Assembly (NCBI GenBank): GCA_964445305.1
Contig: CAYUKK010000022.1
Location: forward strand, 3,174-67,173
Source of the DNA: an uncultured Eubacteriales bacterium
GTDB taxonomy: Bacteria > Acidobacteriota > Aminicenantia > Aminicenantales > UBA8522
Reading direction: 5' to 3'
DNA: 64,000 bases
In this document: positions 47,274 through 56,883 of the stretch, piece after piece
How positions within the stretch are numbered: the first letter of the stretch is position 1
Layout: every line of letters begins with the position of its first letter
Program-made: the position numbers and the translations under genes
Notes under the pieces: generated by a model
The model's database searches: none
What the model was told of the DNA's origin: nothing
Seen by the model: the letters and a program-made list of their open reading frames with translations, nothing else

Positions 47274-48476
47274 ATGGCTAACATCAAGAAGAAAAAAGGC
47301 ATTATCGGGATTTTAACCGGTGGTGGCGATGTCCCTGGTCTCAACCCGGCCATTCGGGCGGTCACTATCCGGGCCATTCACGAAGGGTATGAAGTCATCG
47401 GCATCCGCCGTGGGTGGGCCGGCCTTATCGAGATCAATCGGGACAAGGACGCTGACAATTCGAGTTGCTGCCTGACTCTAACCGAGGAAATCGTGAACAG
47501 GGTTGGCCGGACCGGCGGCACTTTCCTCCACACTTCGCGCACCCGCCCCAGCCATGTTCCTGACGTGAACGTTCCGGCCCACCTCCGCCACAAGTACAAG
47601 GACAAGTTCAATGACCTCACCGACGAGGTGATGAAGAACCTGGAGTTCCTCGGCATCGACACCCTCATCCCTGTCGGTGGCGATGACACCCTGAGCTACG
47701 CGGTTACCCTTCACCAGAGAGGAGTTAGAGTCATTGCCATTCCGAAGACGATGGACAATGATGTTCCAGGCACCGATTATTGCATCGGCTTCAGCACGTG
47801 CGTTACCCGGACAATAAGCCTTACCCATGCCCTGCGCACGACGGCCGGCTCCCATGAGCGATTCCTCGTCATCGAGGTCTTCGGTCGTTACGCTGGGTTC
47901 ACCGCCCTTCTTCCGACCATGGCCGGCGCGGCCAACCGCTGCCTTATCCCCGAGCATCCGTTCAACATCGAACGGCTGTGCGAGCTCCTGACCGAAGATC
48001 GGGCTGAAAACCCGAGCCTCTATTCGGTCGTCCTCGTCTCCGAAGGGGCTTCGCCCGAGGGCGGGTCGATGGTTTTCCAGAGCGAAGAGAAGGATATGTA
48101 CGGGCACAAGAAGCTGGGCGGAATCGGCGATTATGTTTCTGAAAAGTTGAAAGAACTTTCCCCGAAGTACAACAACGGCCGCCGGATCAACGTGATCAAT
48201 CAGAAATTGAGCTACCTGGTTCGCTGCGGCGACCCGGATGCAGTCGATTCCATCGTGCCCATGGCCTATGGCAACCTGGCTCTGGACCTCGTCCTGGATA
48301 AGAAATCGGGCCGGATGGTCTGCCTGAGAAACGGCGAATACGATAGTGTGCCCATCGACATTGTCACCAGCCGAAAAAAGGTGGTCGATGTCGATAAATA
48401 TTATGACCGCGATCGTCTGCGGCCGCTTTACAAGAGCTTTTTCCAGAAGCCGCTTTTCATCATGACCAGCGAATAG
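47274..48476 (+). CDS. pfp: 6-phosphofructokinase, pyrophosphate-dependent type
   Basis: PFK fold. GGDDT (Asp at the E. coli Gly104 position) and PKTMDND (Lys at the Gly124 position) are the residues that distinguish PPi- from ATP-dependent PFKs. 400 aa. Confidence 0.8.
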   Translation: MANIKKKKGIIGILTGGGDVPGLNPAIRAVTIRAIHEGYEVIGIRRGWAGLIEINRDKDADNSSCCLTLTEEIVNRVGRTGGTFLHTSRTRPSHVPDVNVPAHLRHKYKDKFNDLTDEVMKNLEFLGIDTLIPVGGDDTLSYAVTLHQRGVRVIAIPKTMDNDVPGTDYCIGFSTCVTRTISLTHALRTTAGSHERFLVIEVFGRYAGFTALLPTMAGAANRCLIPEHPFNIERLCELLTEDRAENPSLYSVVLVSEGASPEGGSMVFQSEEKDMYGHKKLGGIGDYVSEKLKELSPKYNNGRRINVINQKLSYLVRCGDPDAVDSIVPMAYGNLALDLVLDKKSGRMVCLRNGEYDSVPIDIVTSRKKVVDVDKYYDRDRLRPLYKSFFQKPLFIMTSE

Positions 48477-48546
48477 GGGAGAGACAAGGGAAAAAACATC
48501 AGCCCGCTTGATTTTTCTTGGCTCCGAGCTAGACTAGAATAGAATT

Positions 48547-49085
48547 ATGGAGAGGGGAAAATGTCAAAGGGGTGCCGCCTACTTTCACCTGAAAAATTAC
48601 CGGACGGCCGAGGACCAATTCAGACAAGCTCTGGCTCTCGACGCTTCCTACGCTGAGGCTTATACCAATCTCGGTAGTGTTTACTTCGTGACGCGCCAGC
48701 TCGAAAGAGCCATAAAGATGTTCGAGAAATCTCTACAGCTTTCGCCTGATTCTATCTCAGCCCATCACAGCCTGGGAACGCTTCTTCTCTTCCTGGAGGA
48801 AGCCGAAGAGGGACCCGCCATCTGGCCCGAGGCGTTGAACTCGACCCGAAATTCCTGGATGCGCACCCCGTTGTCGCCGTCGATGTTCCGATGTCAGAGG
48901 AAAGCAGGGCGGAGATCTATTTTGCCTACGCCAAGATTTGTGCCCGAAAGGGCGATATCGAGAAAGCGCTCGAATACTTGACCAAAGCGCGGCAGGCCGG
49001 GTTTCGCGACCGGCGAAGGATCGAAACAGAGAGAGATTTCGACGTTGTCCGGGACGACCCAAGAATTCGCGCCTTTGTCCGCTAA
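48547..49085 (+). pseudogene. TPR-repeat protein interrupted by a -1 frameshift (or 1-nt sequence error) near 48811-48813
   Basis: Frame 1 (48547..) encodes good TPR repeats up to ..LGTLLLFLEEAEEG. Frame 0 continues as ..RHLARGVELDPKFLDAH..FAYAKICARKGDIEKALEYL.. to the stop at 49085. Restoring one G in the GAGGGACC run gives a continuous ORF. Confidence 0.45.
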
Positions 49086-50415
49086 ATCAGCCAGGGCAAA
49101 GACGTTTCAAGATAGGAAAGCAGTGAGTAAAGAGAACAGGTATTTACCTCCGTGGTCTCGCTCCCGAAAGCAATCCTGGTATTCACGCATAGTCCTTGGT
49201 TTGATAGTCGCGGCGACGGGAGTCGGCGCCGGCGACCTCATCACGGCCAGCTTAGCCGGCTCTGAGGCTGGTCTTGTCGTCCTCTGGGCCGCAATCGTCG
49301 GAGCCGTCCTCAAGTGGGCGCTGAACGAGGGCCTGGCTCGCTGGCAGATGGCTACCCGGACCACTCTCCTCGAAGGCTGGACTGCCCACCTCAGTCGAGC
49401 CACTTCCTGGGTCTTTTTCTTTTATTTTGTCATCTGGTCTTATTCTGTGGGCGGAGCGTTGATCAATGCCTGCGGTGTGGCTGGAGCCGGTTTATGGAGG
49501 CTTGGCGACCTCCACACGTCCAAAATAATCTGGGGAATCCTGCACTCGCTGGCCGGGCTTCTCCTTGCCTGGGCGGGCGGCTTCCGGATTTTCCAGCTGG
49601 CCATGTCATTCCTGACTGGCTTGATGGTGGGGGCTGTTTTTCTGACTGTCGTCTTGATCAAGCCCGACTGGGTCGCGATAGCCAGAGGAATCGCCCTTCC
49701 GAGCATTCCGGCGAGTGGTGCTGGCTGGCTCCTGGCGGTCATGGGTGGCGTCGGCGGGACGGTGACGCTTCTCTGCTATTCTTACTGGATTAAAGAGAAG
49801 CAAAGGTCGGGTCGGCCGGGGTTGAGCGAGTGTCGGTTTGACCTTGGCGTTGCCTACGGTCTGACCGCCTTCTTCGGCCTGGCCATGGTCACGATCGGCT
49901 CCCGCATTCAAGTGACAGGCAGGGGAGAAGCGGTCGCTCTCCTCCTTGCCGACCAGCTCGGCCAGGCTCTCGGGCCTCTCGGCCGCTGGGTATTTCTCCT
50001 GGGTTTCTGGGGAGCTGTCTTCACCAGCCTCCTCGGAGTCTGGCAGGGTGTGCCCTACATCTTCGCCGATTTCATCCGGGTCCAAAGAAAGCCAGGCTGC
50101 TCGACAAAGGATGAAGACCTCGCCATCGACCTTGAAAAATCCAAAGAATACCGTGGCTATCTGGCGGCTCTTGCTACCCTGCCGCTTAGCCTCCTCTGGT
50201 TTAGGGTTCAAGAGGTTCAGCTCGTCTATGGAATTCTCGGTGCTTTGTTTATGCCTTTTGTCGCTCTAACGCTTCTTCTCCTCAATAACCGTGAGGGATT
50301 GGTCGGCCGTGGCTTCAAGAACAGCTTGGCCATGAACCTGCTCCTCGTCATCACTCTCTTCCTTTTCACCTTCCTCGGCCTCCGCGAGATCGTCGACTTG
50401 CTCCTCAAACCCTGA
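49045..50415 (+). CDS. mntH: Nramp-family divalent metal (Mn2+/Fe2+) transporter
   Basis: Nramp TM1 region ..ATGVGAGDLITASLAGSEAGLVVLW.. and ~11 TM helices. The ORF opens at TTG 49045; real start uncertain (in-frame GTG 49123 also possible). Confidence 0.75.
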   Translation: MSGTTQEFAPLSAKSARAKTFQDRKAVSKENRYLPPWSRSRKQSWYSRIVLGLIVAATGVGAGDLITASLAGSEAGLVVLWAAIVGAVLKWALNEGLARWQMATRTTLLEGWTAHLSRATSWVFFFYFVIWSYSVGGALINACGVAGAGLWRLGDLHTSKIIWGILHSLAGLLLAWAGGFRIFQLAMSFLTGLMVGAVFLTVVLIKPDWVAIARGIALPSIPASGAGWLLAVMGGVGGTVTLLCYSYWIKEKQRSGRPGLSECRFDLGVAYGLTAFFGLAMVTIGSRIQVTGRGEAVALLLADQLGQALGPLGRWVFLLGFWGAVFTSLLGVWQGVPYIFADFIRVQRKPGCSTKDEDLAIDLEKSKEYRGYLAALATLPLSLLWFRVQEVQLVYGILGALFMPFVALTLLLLNNREGLVGRGFKNSLAMNLLLVITLFLFTFLGLREIVDLLLKP

Positions 50416-50517
50416 GCCCAACTGCTGAGGGGGCGGTCCCATGAATTCATGAATTCTGTTCAAGAAGCGCATTGCATCATCATGGAATGAAGGATGCTTA
50501 AGGATACCTCGGGCTCA

Positions 50518-50547
50518 TTGACTTCAAGGGAGACAATCCGTTACAAT
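50518..50547 (+). promoter_or_regulatory. candidate sigma70 promoter for the tRNA gene
   Basis: TTGACT (50518-50523), 18 nt spacer, TACAAT (50542-50547). Mature tRNA 5' end 12 nt downstream. Confidence 0.4.
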
Positions 50548-50558
50548 CAGGTGAGCTT

Positions 50559-50632
50559 GGCGGTGTAGCTCAGTTGGTTAGAGCATGCGGCTCATATCCG
50601 CAGTGTCGGGGGTTCAAATCCCTCCACCGCCA
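50559..50632 (+). tRNA. tRNA with CAU anticodon (elongator Met or lysidine-type Ile2)
   Basis: Manual cloverleaf: acceptor GGCGGTG/CACCGCC, D-arm GCTC-AGTTGGTTA-GAGC, anticodon stem TGCGG/CCGCA with loop CTCATAT (CAT), variable GTGTC, T-arm GGGGG-TTCAAAT-CCCTC, discriminator A. G1:C72 argues against initiator. No encoded CCA. Confidence 0.85.
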
Positions 50633-50716
50633 CTTCATGAGTCGAAACTATTTCCTACTTAATCTATAGAAACTATAAGGAAGATAGATTTTAAAGAGCC
50701 CTTCTTTCTTTCGTCT

Positions 50717-52198
50717 TTGACCATGGATTCTCAGCGCCAAAGTCCGTTTTTCCAGAACGATCCGGCCGCCCGGACAGCCCGAAAGCGGCGCCAGGTTCGA
50801 CTCTTCCTTGACAAGGTCAAGAGGGCGATCGATAAATACCATCTCCTCGAGAAAGGGGATAAAGTTCTCATCGGTTACTCGGGCGGTCCGGATTCGACGG
50901 CTCTCCTGGCCGCATGTCTCGAGCTGCGGAAGTCGTATTCGCTCCGCCTGGCCCTCGGCCACTTCAACCACATGCTGAGACGAAGCGCCGCGGCGGACGA
51001 AGAGTTTGTCATGAGGGTTGCCCGCGAAAACTCCCTTCCTCTTTATCTCAAGCGCGAGGACATCCGGGCTTATGCCCGCGCCCATCGCCTCAACATCGAA
51101 GAGGCAGGCCGGGAGAGGCGCTACGCTTTCCTTCGCCAGACGGCGGCCAAAATCGGAGCGACGAGAATCGCCACCGGCCACACCATGACCGACCTGGCTG
51201 AAACCTTCCTTCTTCGTCTCCTCCGGGGGACTGGACGGCGTGGGCTGACCGCGGTGGCGCCCATCGTGGAGGGCCTCATCATCCGACCCCTTCTCGGTGT
51301 CGAGCGCCGCGATGTGGAGACCTACCTTCGCGCTTGTCGGCTTCCTTTCCGGGTAGATGAGAGCAATTTCGACCGCCGCTACCTCCGCAATCGCGTTCGC
51401 CTCGAGCTTGTCCCTCTCCTTGAAAAGAAATTTGAGCCGCGGGTTGTCCGCCACATCGCCCGCCTCGTCGACATCCTCCGCGAGGAGGAGGAATTCCTGG
51501 AGAAACTCAGCCAGGATGAGGCCAGGAAGGCGGTCCGGGGGGAGGCAGGTAGGCTCTTCCTTGATATGAACGCTCTTGCTTCGCTCCCGGTTCCCTTAGC
51601 CCGGCGAGTGGTGAGACTCTTCCTTGCCGAAATCAAGGGTGATTTAAGAACAATCAGCTTCGGCGATATTGAGTCTGTTCGCCTCCTCGATCAAAACAAA
51701 GAGCTCCAGCTTCCTGGCGGCTTGACGCTCCGGCGGGAGAAGAACCGCGTCTTCCTCAAGCCTTCCCGTCGTCCTCAGTCCAGCTGGGTGTATCACTGGG
51801 ACGGGAGGAAGAAGCTCGCCGTGGCTGAAATTGGCCTCACTTTTTCCGGCCGAAAAAAGAGAATCGAAGCCGAGACTGTGCCTCACCTTCCCTTCGACGA
51901 CAGCCGGCGGGCCATCCTCGATGGGGACCGCCTTCACTTTCCCCTCGTTGTCCGCCACCGCCGGCCCGGGGATTGCTATCAACCCCTGGGCGCCCCGGGG
52001 AGAAAGAAACTTAAGGAAATCCTGCGCTCCCGGGGCATCGCTCTGTCCGAGAGAAGCGCCTTCCCGGTATTCCTATCTGAAAATCAAATCATCTGGGTCC
52101 TGGGACTTCCTGTGGCTGAGGCCTTCAAGGTCACGCCCCGGACAAAAACCGTCTTCATCATCGAAAAAGAAGCTGAGGAGAAGCCGCCTCAGAGGTAA
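50717..52198 (+). CDS. tilS: tRNA(Ile)-lysidine synthetase
   Basis: PP-loop LIGYSGGPDSTAL (SGGxDS). TilS N-domain followed by a substrate-binding C-domain. 493 aa. Confidence 0.85.
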   Translation: MTMDSQRQSPFFQNDPAARTARKRRQVRLFLDKVKRAIDKYHLLEKGDKVLIGYSGGPDSTALLAACLELRKSYSLRLALGHFNHMLRRSAAADEEFVMRVARENSLPLYLKREDIRAYARAHRLNIEEAGRERRYAFLRQTAAKIGATRIATGHTMTDLAETFLLRLLRGTGRRGLTAVAPIVEGLIIRPLLGVERRDVETYLRACRLPFRVDESNFDRRYLRNRVRLELVPLLEKKFEPRVVRHIARLVDILREEEEFLEKLSQDEARKAVRGEAGRLFLDMNALASLPVPLARRVVRLFLAEIKGDLRTISFGDIESVRLLDQNKELQLPGGLTLRREKNRVFLKPSRRPQSSWVYHWDGRKKLAVAEIGLTFSGRKKRIEAETVPHLPFDDSRRAILDGDRLHFPLVVRHRRPGDCYQPLGAPGRKKLKEILRSRGIALSERSAFPVFLSENQIIWVLGLPVAEAFKVTPRTKTVFIIEKEAEEKPPQR

Positions 52199-54096
52199 TT
52201 CTCGCGCCAGATTTCAAAGACGAGCAAGGCCCAGAGCTGGTGGCTGAAGTTTTTCCGGCCGCCAAGATGAGCGTGGATCATCTTTTGGATGGCTTCAGGC
52301 CGGAAGAGCCCGCCGCTCCGGATTCTCCTTTCACTGAGATAGTCGAGCATCATGTCCTTCAGTTCTTCCCTCAACCAGTGCTTGATGGGGATACTGAACC
52401 CCTCTTTGGGTCGATAGATATTTTCGCGCGGCAAGAGCCTTTCCATCGTCTTCTTGAACACCCATTTGGTCTCGAGCCCATTGAGTTTGAAACGACCGGG
52501 AAGACGGAAGGCAAACTCGACGAGCTCATGGTCGAGGAGAGGCTCTCTGGCTTCGAGCGATGTGGCCATGCTCATGCGGTCGACTTTGACCATGATGTCG
52601 TCGGGCAAATAAGCCTTCAAATCCAGGTAGAGCTCGGCGTTCGTCGCGTCGAAAGCAGGGAGGGCGGCGAAGATTTCGCGGAAAGGGGAAAGGTGATGGA
52701 TTTCTTCGATGCCCCCCAGCCCCTCGAGCGCTCTTTTGAGGTCTTCTCCGTAGAGATGGTCCTTCTCCATGGGTGAAAGAAACGTCATCCAGCGGAGGTG
52801 GCGGAGCTCCGCGTTCTGCTCCAGGCCAAGGAGGAATCTCTGGAGCTTATTCCAGAAACCTTTCTTCTTGCCCGATGGCGGAAATCGGTTGACAAGAGAG
52901 GAGAGAGGCCGACCCAAGGCTCGCCCGGCCGGCGAAGCAGCGATTTTTTGGGCCTGGTAGTGTTCGTAGCCGCCGAAGATTTCATCGCCGCCATCTCCAG
53001 ACAGGATGACCTTGACGCGGGAGCGAGCCATTTGGCTAACCAGATAGGTGGGGAAAATGGAAAAATCGCCAAAGGGTTCGTCGATATGGCGGATGAGCTT
53101 TTCGGTGAGCTCGAGGGCCTTTGGCTTGATGATAAATTCTTCGTGTTCTGTGCCGAATGCCTCGGCTACGCGCCGGGCGTACTTGAGCTCGTTATAGGAG
53201 ACCTCCTCAAAGCCGATGGAGAAGGTCTTGAGGGGAGAGGCACCGAGTTCGCGCATCAAGCCTACGATGGCCGAGGAATCGATTCCGCCGCTGAGGAAGG
53301 CACCGAGCGGGACGTCGCTGATGAGCCTCAGCCGGACGGATTCTTTGAGCCGATGGTAGAGCTCATCCATGACCGAGGGCACATCTTTGGCTTCCCGAGG
53401 AGATAGAGAGTCGGATGACGGGGTTATGTCCCAATATTTTTTTATCTCGACGCGTCCGTTTTGATAGAGCAAATAGCTTCCGGCCGGAAGCTTGTGGACG
53501 TCCTTTAAAATGCTGTGCGGAGCAGGGATGTATTCGAGGGTTAAGTAGAGGTCAAGGGCCCGCGGGTTGAGAGCGCGCCGAACCCCGGGATGGGCGATGA
53601 CGGCTTTGAGCTCGGAGCCGAAGACGAGGCTTCCCTCATCGAGGCGAGTGTAGTAGAGGGGCTTGACACCGAGCCTGTCCCTTACCAGAAGGAGCTTGCC
53701 CTCCCGTCCGTCCCAGAGGGCAAAAGCGAACATCCCCCTCAGTTTGTGGACAAATTCCTGTCCCCATTCCTCATAGCTATGGACAATAGTCTCTGTGTCT
53801 GTCCGCGTTTTGAAGACATGGCCCCGCTCGATGAGCTCTTGGCGCAACGCCGGGAAGTTGTAAATTTCGCCGTTGTGAGCAACCCAGATGGTTTTGTCCT
53901 CATTGGCCAGGGGTTGATGGCCGCCTTCGATGTCGATGATGCTCAATCGCCGAGCGCCCAGGCCGATTCCACTGGCCGTGAAGATTCCTTCATCGTCTGG
54001 ACCGCGATGGACAATCGTCTGGCACATGGAGGCCAGCAGTGATGCCCGGACAGTCTCAGCCAGGGAAGTCGTGGCCAGGCCGCAGATACCGCACAT
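52189..54096 (-). CDS. asnB: asparagine synthetase (glutamine-hydrolysing), AsnB family
   Basis: N-terminal MCGI nucleophile Cys. Ntn-type glutaminase domain. PP-loop SGGIDSS. 635 aa. Confidence 0.9.
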   Translation of the reverse strand: MCGICGLATTSLAETVRASLLASMCQTIVHRGPDDEGIFTASGIGLGARRLSIIDIEGGHQPLANEDKTIWVAHNGEIYNFPALRQELIERGHVFKTRTDTETIVHSYEEWGQEFVHKLRGMFAFALWDGREGKLLLVRDRLGVKPLYYTRLDEGSLVFGSELKAVIAHPGVRRALNPRALDLYLTLEYIPAPHSILKDVHKLPAGSYLLYQNGRVEIKKYWDITPSSDSLSPREAKDVPSVMDELYHRLKESVRLRLISDVPLGAFLSGGIDSSAIVGLMRELGASPLKTFSIGFEEVSYNELKYARRVAEAFGTEHEEFIIKPKALELTEKLIRHIDEPFGDFSIFPTYLVSQMARSRVKVILSGDGGDEIFGGYEHYQAQKIAASPAGRALGRPLSSLVNRFPPSGKKKGFWNKLQRFLLGLEQNAELRHLRWMTFLSPMEKDHLYGEDLKRALEGLGGIEEIHHLSPFREIFAALPAFDATNAELYLDLKAYLPDDIMVKVDRMSMATSLEAREPLLDHELVEFAFRLPGRFKLNGLETKWVFKKTMERLLPRENIYRPKEGFSIPIKHWLREELKDMMLDYLSERRIRSGGLFRPEAIQKMIHAHLGGRKNFSHQLWALLVFEIWRENYL

Positions 54097-55946
54097 TATT
54101 CACGCGGGATGAGGTCGAGCTCGAAAAAAACACCCAGGTACCGCCTTTCCAGGCTTTTCTGGTTCTCATAATAGGGAATAGACCCCTTAGACGCCTTGAT
54201 TTTCATTCGATAATGGTAGCGGTCCTCCATCTTGAACCCGTTTCCGACCAGAAAGCGGAGTTCCCCCCGCTGGTTTGGCTGGAGAACGATTTTTTTCGTT
54301 CGCCCTTCCACCCTGACCCTGATTTCGTTGTTGCTGCGGGGGTTGTTGAGCAGCCGCACCCCGATTTCACGCAGCGGATAGTAGGTTTTCAGGATGAACT
54401 CACACGTCCGCGCCCCTCGCGTCCAGATGCCGTTGGGTTCGAGCCGCGGGTAGAAGTTGTCGTCGAGGAAATGGAGGAATTCCCGAGCGGGGTGGGGCTT
54501 ATCCGGCCAGATGTGGACGCGGAAGGCGTCAGGGTTCGTGTTGGTGGGAAGGTTATTGACCTGGGTCATTTCGACAGGCAGGATTTTAATCGGAAATTTC
54601 TTGGCATGGGTGGCCGGTCGAGCCGAGGAGCGGAAGGGACTGATGAGGATGGGCGAGATAAAGATAGCGGCCATAACCCAGCAAGCGACCATGGCCCGCC
54701 ATGTTTTTCTCGCCGGTGGAAGGAAAAGGAAGAGAGGGTAAATATTGAGGAAATAACGGTTAGCCAGGGACCCGCCGCCACCGCCGTAGTTATCGGGCAT
54801 GAGAACGATATAAATGAGGATTCCGGCCGCGGCGGTTGCCAGGACTATCCAGTCGAGAAACCCCCGCCGCCGCCAAAAAAAGAGGAGCAAGGCGAGGAAA
54901 GCAGGGAAGTAGTACCAAGTAATACCCGTGTATCGACCGAAGAAATAATAAAAGATGTTGAAGAAAATGAATTGGGCCGGAAGGAGGAATTCTTGAAAAT
55001 AGCCCTCCGAGGTCATGGTGTGGCCGAGATTATCGAACGTGGATTCCTCTTTTTCGAGGGGAAAGGTGAAAAAGAAAGTCTTCCTCTCGCCGCCCTGGTA
55101 GTTCCATTCCGAGGTGAGGAGATAGTTGGCGCCGAAAAAGAGGCTGGCGCTCAGGATGAAAACGAGCATGAGGAGGCACGCCTTGAGGATTTTCTGGCGA
55201 GCGAGGGCGGCGATGGTGAGCGGCAGAATGAGGACGATGTTGGGGGGTTTGGAAAAGGCAGCCAGCCCGGCCAGGAAAGCCGCTCCATAATCTGTGGCCG
55301 GGGAGAGGAGGAAGCGTGGCGGCGAAAGACTTGGGCTGGCTTCGGCCGCTGCTTCGCGCCATTTTATTTTGTAAAGCCACAGAAAGATGATGCTCAAGAC
55401 GAGGCTGAAGTTGAAAAAGTCGGGGGAAATCCAGAGAAAATAGACTCCAGCCACAGAAGCACCGAGGAAGGTTAAAAAATACAGGACGGCGGTTAGGCGA
55501 GAGTTAGCGAGGGAGAGGTAAGCCCGGGCCATGAGCATGACGAGGAGAAGGAGAAGGGCGTGGAATACCAAGAAGCCGTTGTAGCCAAAAAGCCGAACAA
55601 AAGGAGCGGCAAACAAAGGGTAAGCCCAGGATTTGGCGTAGAAAAGCCGTCCATCTTTAACCTTCTTCAAGAACAACCCTTGCGGTCCAGCCGTAAAATC
55701 CTGGTAGTACCGGACGAGGTCTTTCTTCGTGTATTCTAAATCTCCATCGTGGGCGATACTTTGGGTCATGGCGTAATAGACGGCCTGATCAGCGAAAAGG
55801 AAGTGGTCATGGATGACGGGCAGGTTGATAAAAAGGGAGAAGCCGAGGGCAAAGAAAAAAACAAGGAAAATAACCCAGCCGCTTGACGTTCTATCGTCGG
55901 GCATCGTCGATGTCCGTCCTATGACCAATATCACAGTTGGACACAA
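54096..55946 (-). CDS. large polytopic membrane protein, glycosyltransferase-C fold-like (ArnT/PMT-like)
   Basis: 616 aa with >12 hydrophobic helices. N-terminal loop with an acidic motif (ADQAVYYAMTQSIAHDGDLEY) as in GT-C enzymes. Weak family assignment. Confidence 0.45.
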   Translation of the reverse strand: MCPTVILVIGRTSTMPDDRTSSGWVIFLVFFFALGFSLFINLPVIHDHFLFADQAVYYAMTQSIAHDGDLEYTKKDLVRYYQDFTAGPQGLFLKKVKDGRLFYAKSWAYPLFAAPFVRLFGYNGFLVFHALLLLLVMLMARAYLSLANSRLTAVLYFLTFLGASVAGVYFLWISPDFFNFSLVLSIIFLWLYKIKWREAAAEASPSLSPPRFLLSPATDYGAAFLAGLAAFSKPPNIVLILPLTIAALARQKILKACLLMLVFILSASLFFGANYLLTSEWNYQGGERKTFFFTFPLEKEESTFDNLGHTMTSEGYFQEFLLPAQFIFFNIFYYFFGRYTGITWYYFPAFLALLLFFWRRRGFLDWIVLATAAAGILIYIVLMPDNYGGGGGSLANRYFLNIYPLFLFLPPARKTWRAMVACWVMAAIFISPILISPFRSSARPATHAKKFPIKILPVEMTQVNNLPTNTNPDAFRVHIWPDKPHPAREFLHFLDDNFYPRLEPNGIWTRGARTCEFILKTYYPLREIGVRLLNNPRSNNEIRVRVEGRTKKIVLQPNQRGELRFLVGNGFKMEDRYHYRMKIKASKGSIPYYENQKSLERRYLGVFFELDLIPRE

Positions 55947-56118
55947 AATTCAATTTTCGGGTTTGAGGTGTCGGGAGTGGGGGCCATGGGATTTCCAAAT
56001 GGGCGAACCGACGGGACCCTTTCCCCGCACCCGGCTGGCAAGGGCGGCTTCTTGGGCCTGTCCCATAAATATCAAGGGAAAAGATTCTCATGGGAATGAG
56101 GAGATGGCGGAAAGGCCG

Positions 56119-56883
56119 CTACCGCCTGTAGAGGCTCAGGTAGGCCTGGATGATTTTGTCACCCCAGAGGAAGGAGAAAAAGGCGGCTGGCGCGAGAAAG
56201 GTGCCAAAGGGAAGAGAGTACTGGAAAGTTTTTTTCCGGATGTAGACGAGAAAAAGGCCGACCAGAGAACCAACCAAGCTGGCGATGATGAGCGTGAAAA
56301 CGGCCTTCGTCCAGCCAAGATAAGCCCCGATGAGGAGCATCATCGTGATATCGCCCAGACCCATACCCTCTTTTTTCCGGAGCACAAAGTAGCCGACATA
56401 GATGGCAAGGAGGAGGGAGGCGCCAACGACAGCGCCGACGAGTGATTGGCGAAAGGTGAGGTCATCTCTAAACAGGGAATAGACAATGGCCAGCCCAAGA
56501 CCAGGCAGAGTGATTTCATCGGGCAGGATTTGATGGAAATAATCGATAAACCCGAGAGCGATGAGGGCGCTCACGAAAAGGCAGGAGGCGAAGAAATGAA
56601 GACGCCAGGAATACTGAGCATGGAGGATGAGAAAGCTCAGCGCGGTGAGGAGCTCGACGAGGGGATAGCTTGGGGAAATCGGACCGCCGCAGGCTCGGCA
56701 TCGGCCGCGCAGGAGAAGATAGGAGAGGAGGGGGATGTTGTCGTAGAATTTGATCCGACTGCCGCAGCGAGGGCAGGCGGAGGGAGGATGGACCAGGCTC
56801 ATGTTCCGGGGAAGACGATAGATGACGACGTTGAGGAAGCTTCCCCAGGCCAGGCCGAAAAGAAAGAGGATTACTTCTTCCAC
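56119..56883 (-). CDS. pilD: type IV prepilin leader peptidase (A24 family)
   Basis: GSFLNVVIYRLP...CPRCGSRI..YDNIPLLSYLLLRGRCRACGGPI tetracysteine motif plus conserved PilD TM pattern. The ORF is open to 57144 with no ATG; GTG at 56883 just before the conserved core is the proposed start (uncertain). Confidence 0.7.
   Translation of the reverse strand: MEEVILFLFGLAWGSFLNVVIYRLPRNMSLVHPPSACPRCGSRIKFYDNIPLLSYLLLRGRCRACGGPISPSYPLVELLTALSFLILHAQYSWRLHFFASCLFVSALIALGFIDYFHQILPDEITLPGLGLAIVYSLFRDDLTFRQSLVGAVVGASLLLAIYVGYFVLRKKEGMGLGDITMMLLIGAYLGWTKAVFTLIIASLVGSLVGLFLVYIRKKTFQYSLPFGTFLAPAAFFSFLWGDKIIQAYLSLYRR

Noticed and set aside
54039-55475. 478-aa plus-strand ORF overlapping the GT-C-like membrane protein gene
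   Set aside because: - Glu-rich low-complexity product.
- The minus strand encodes >12 coherent TM helices.
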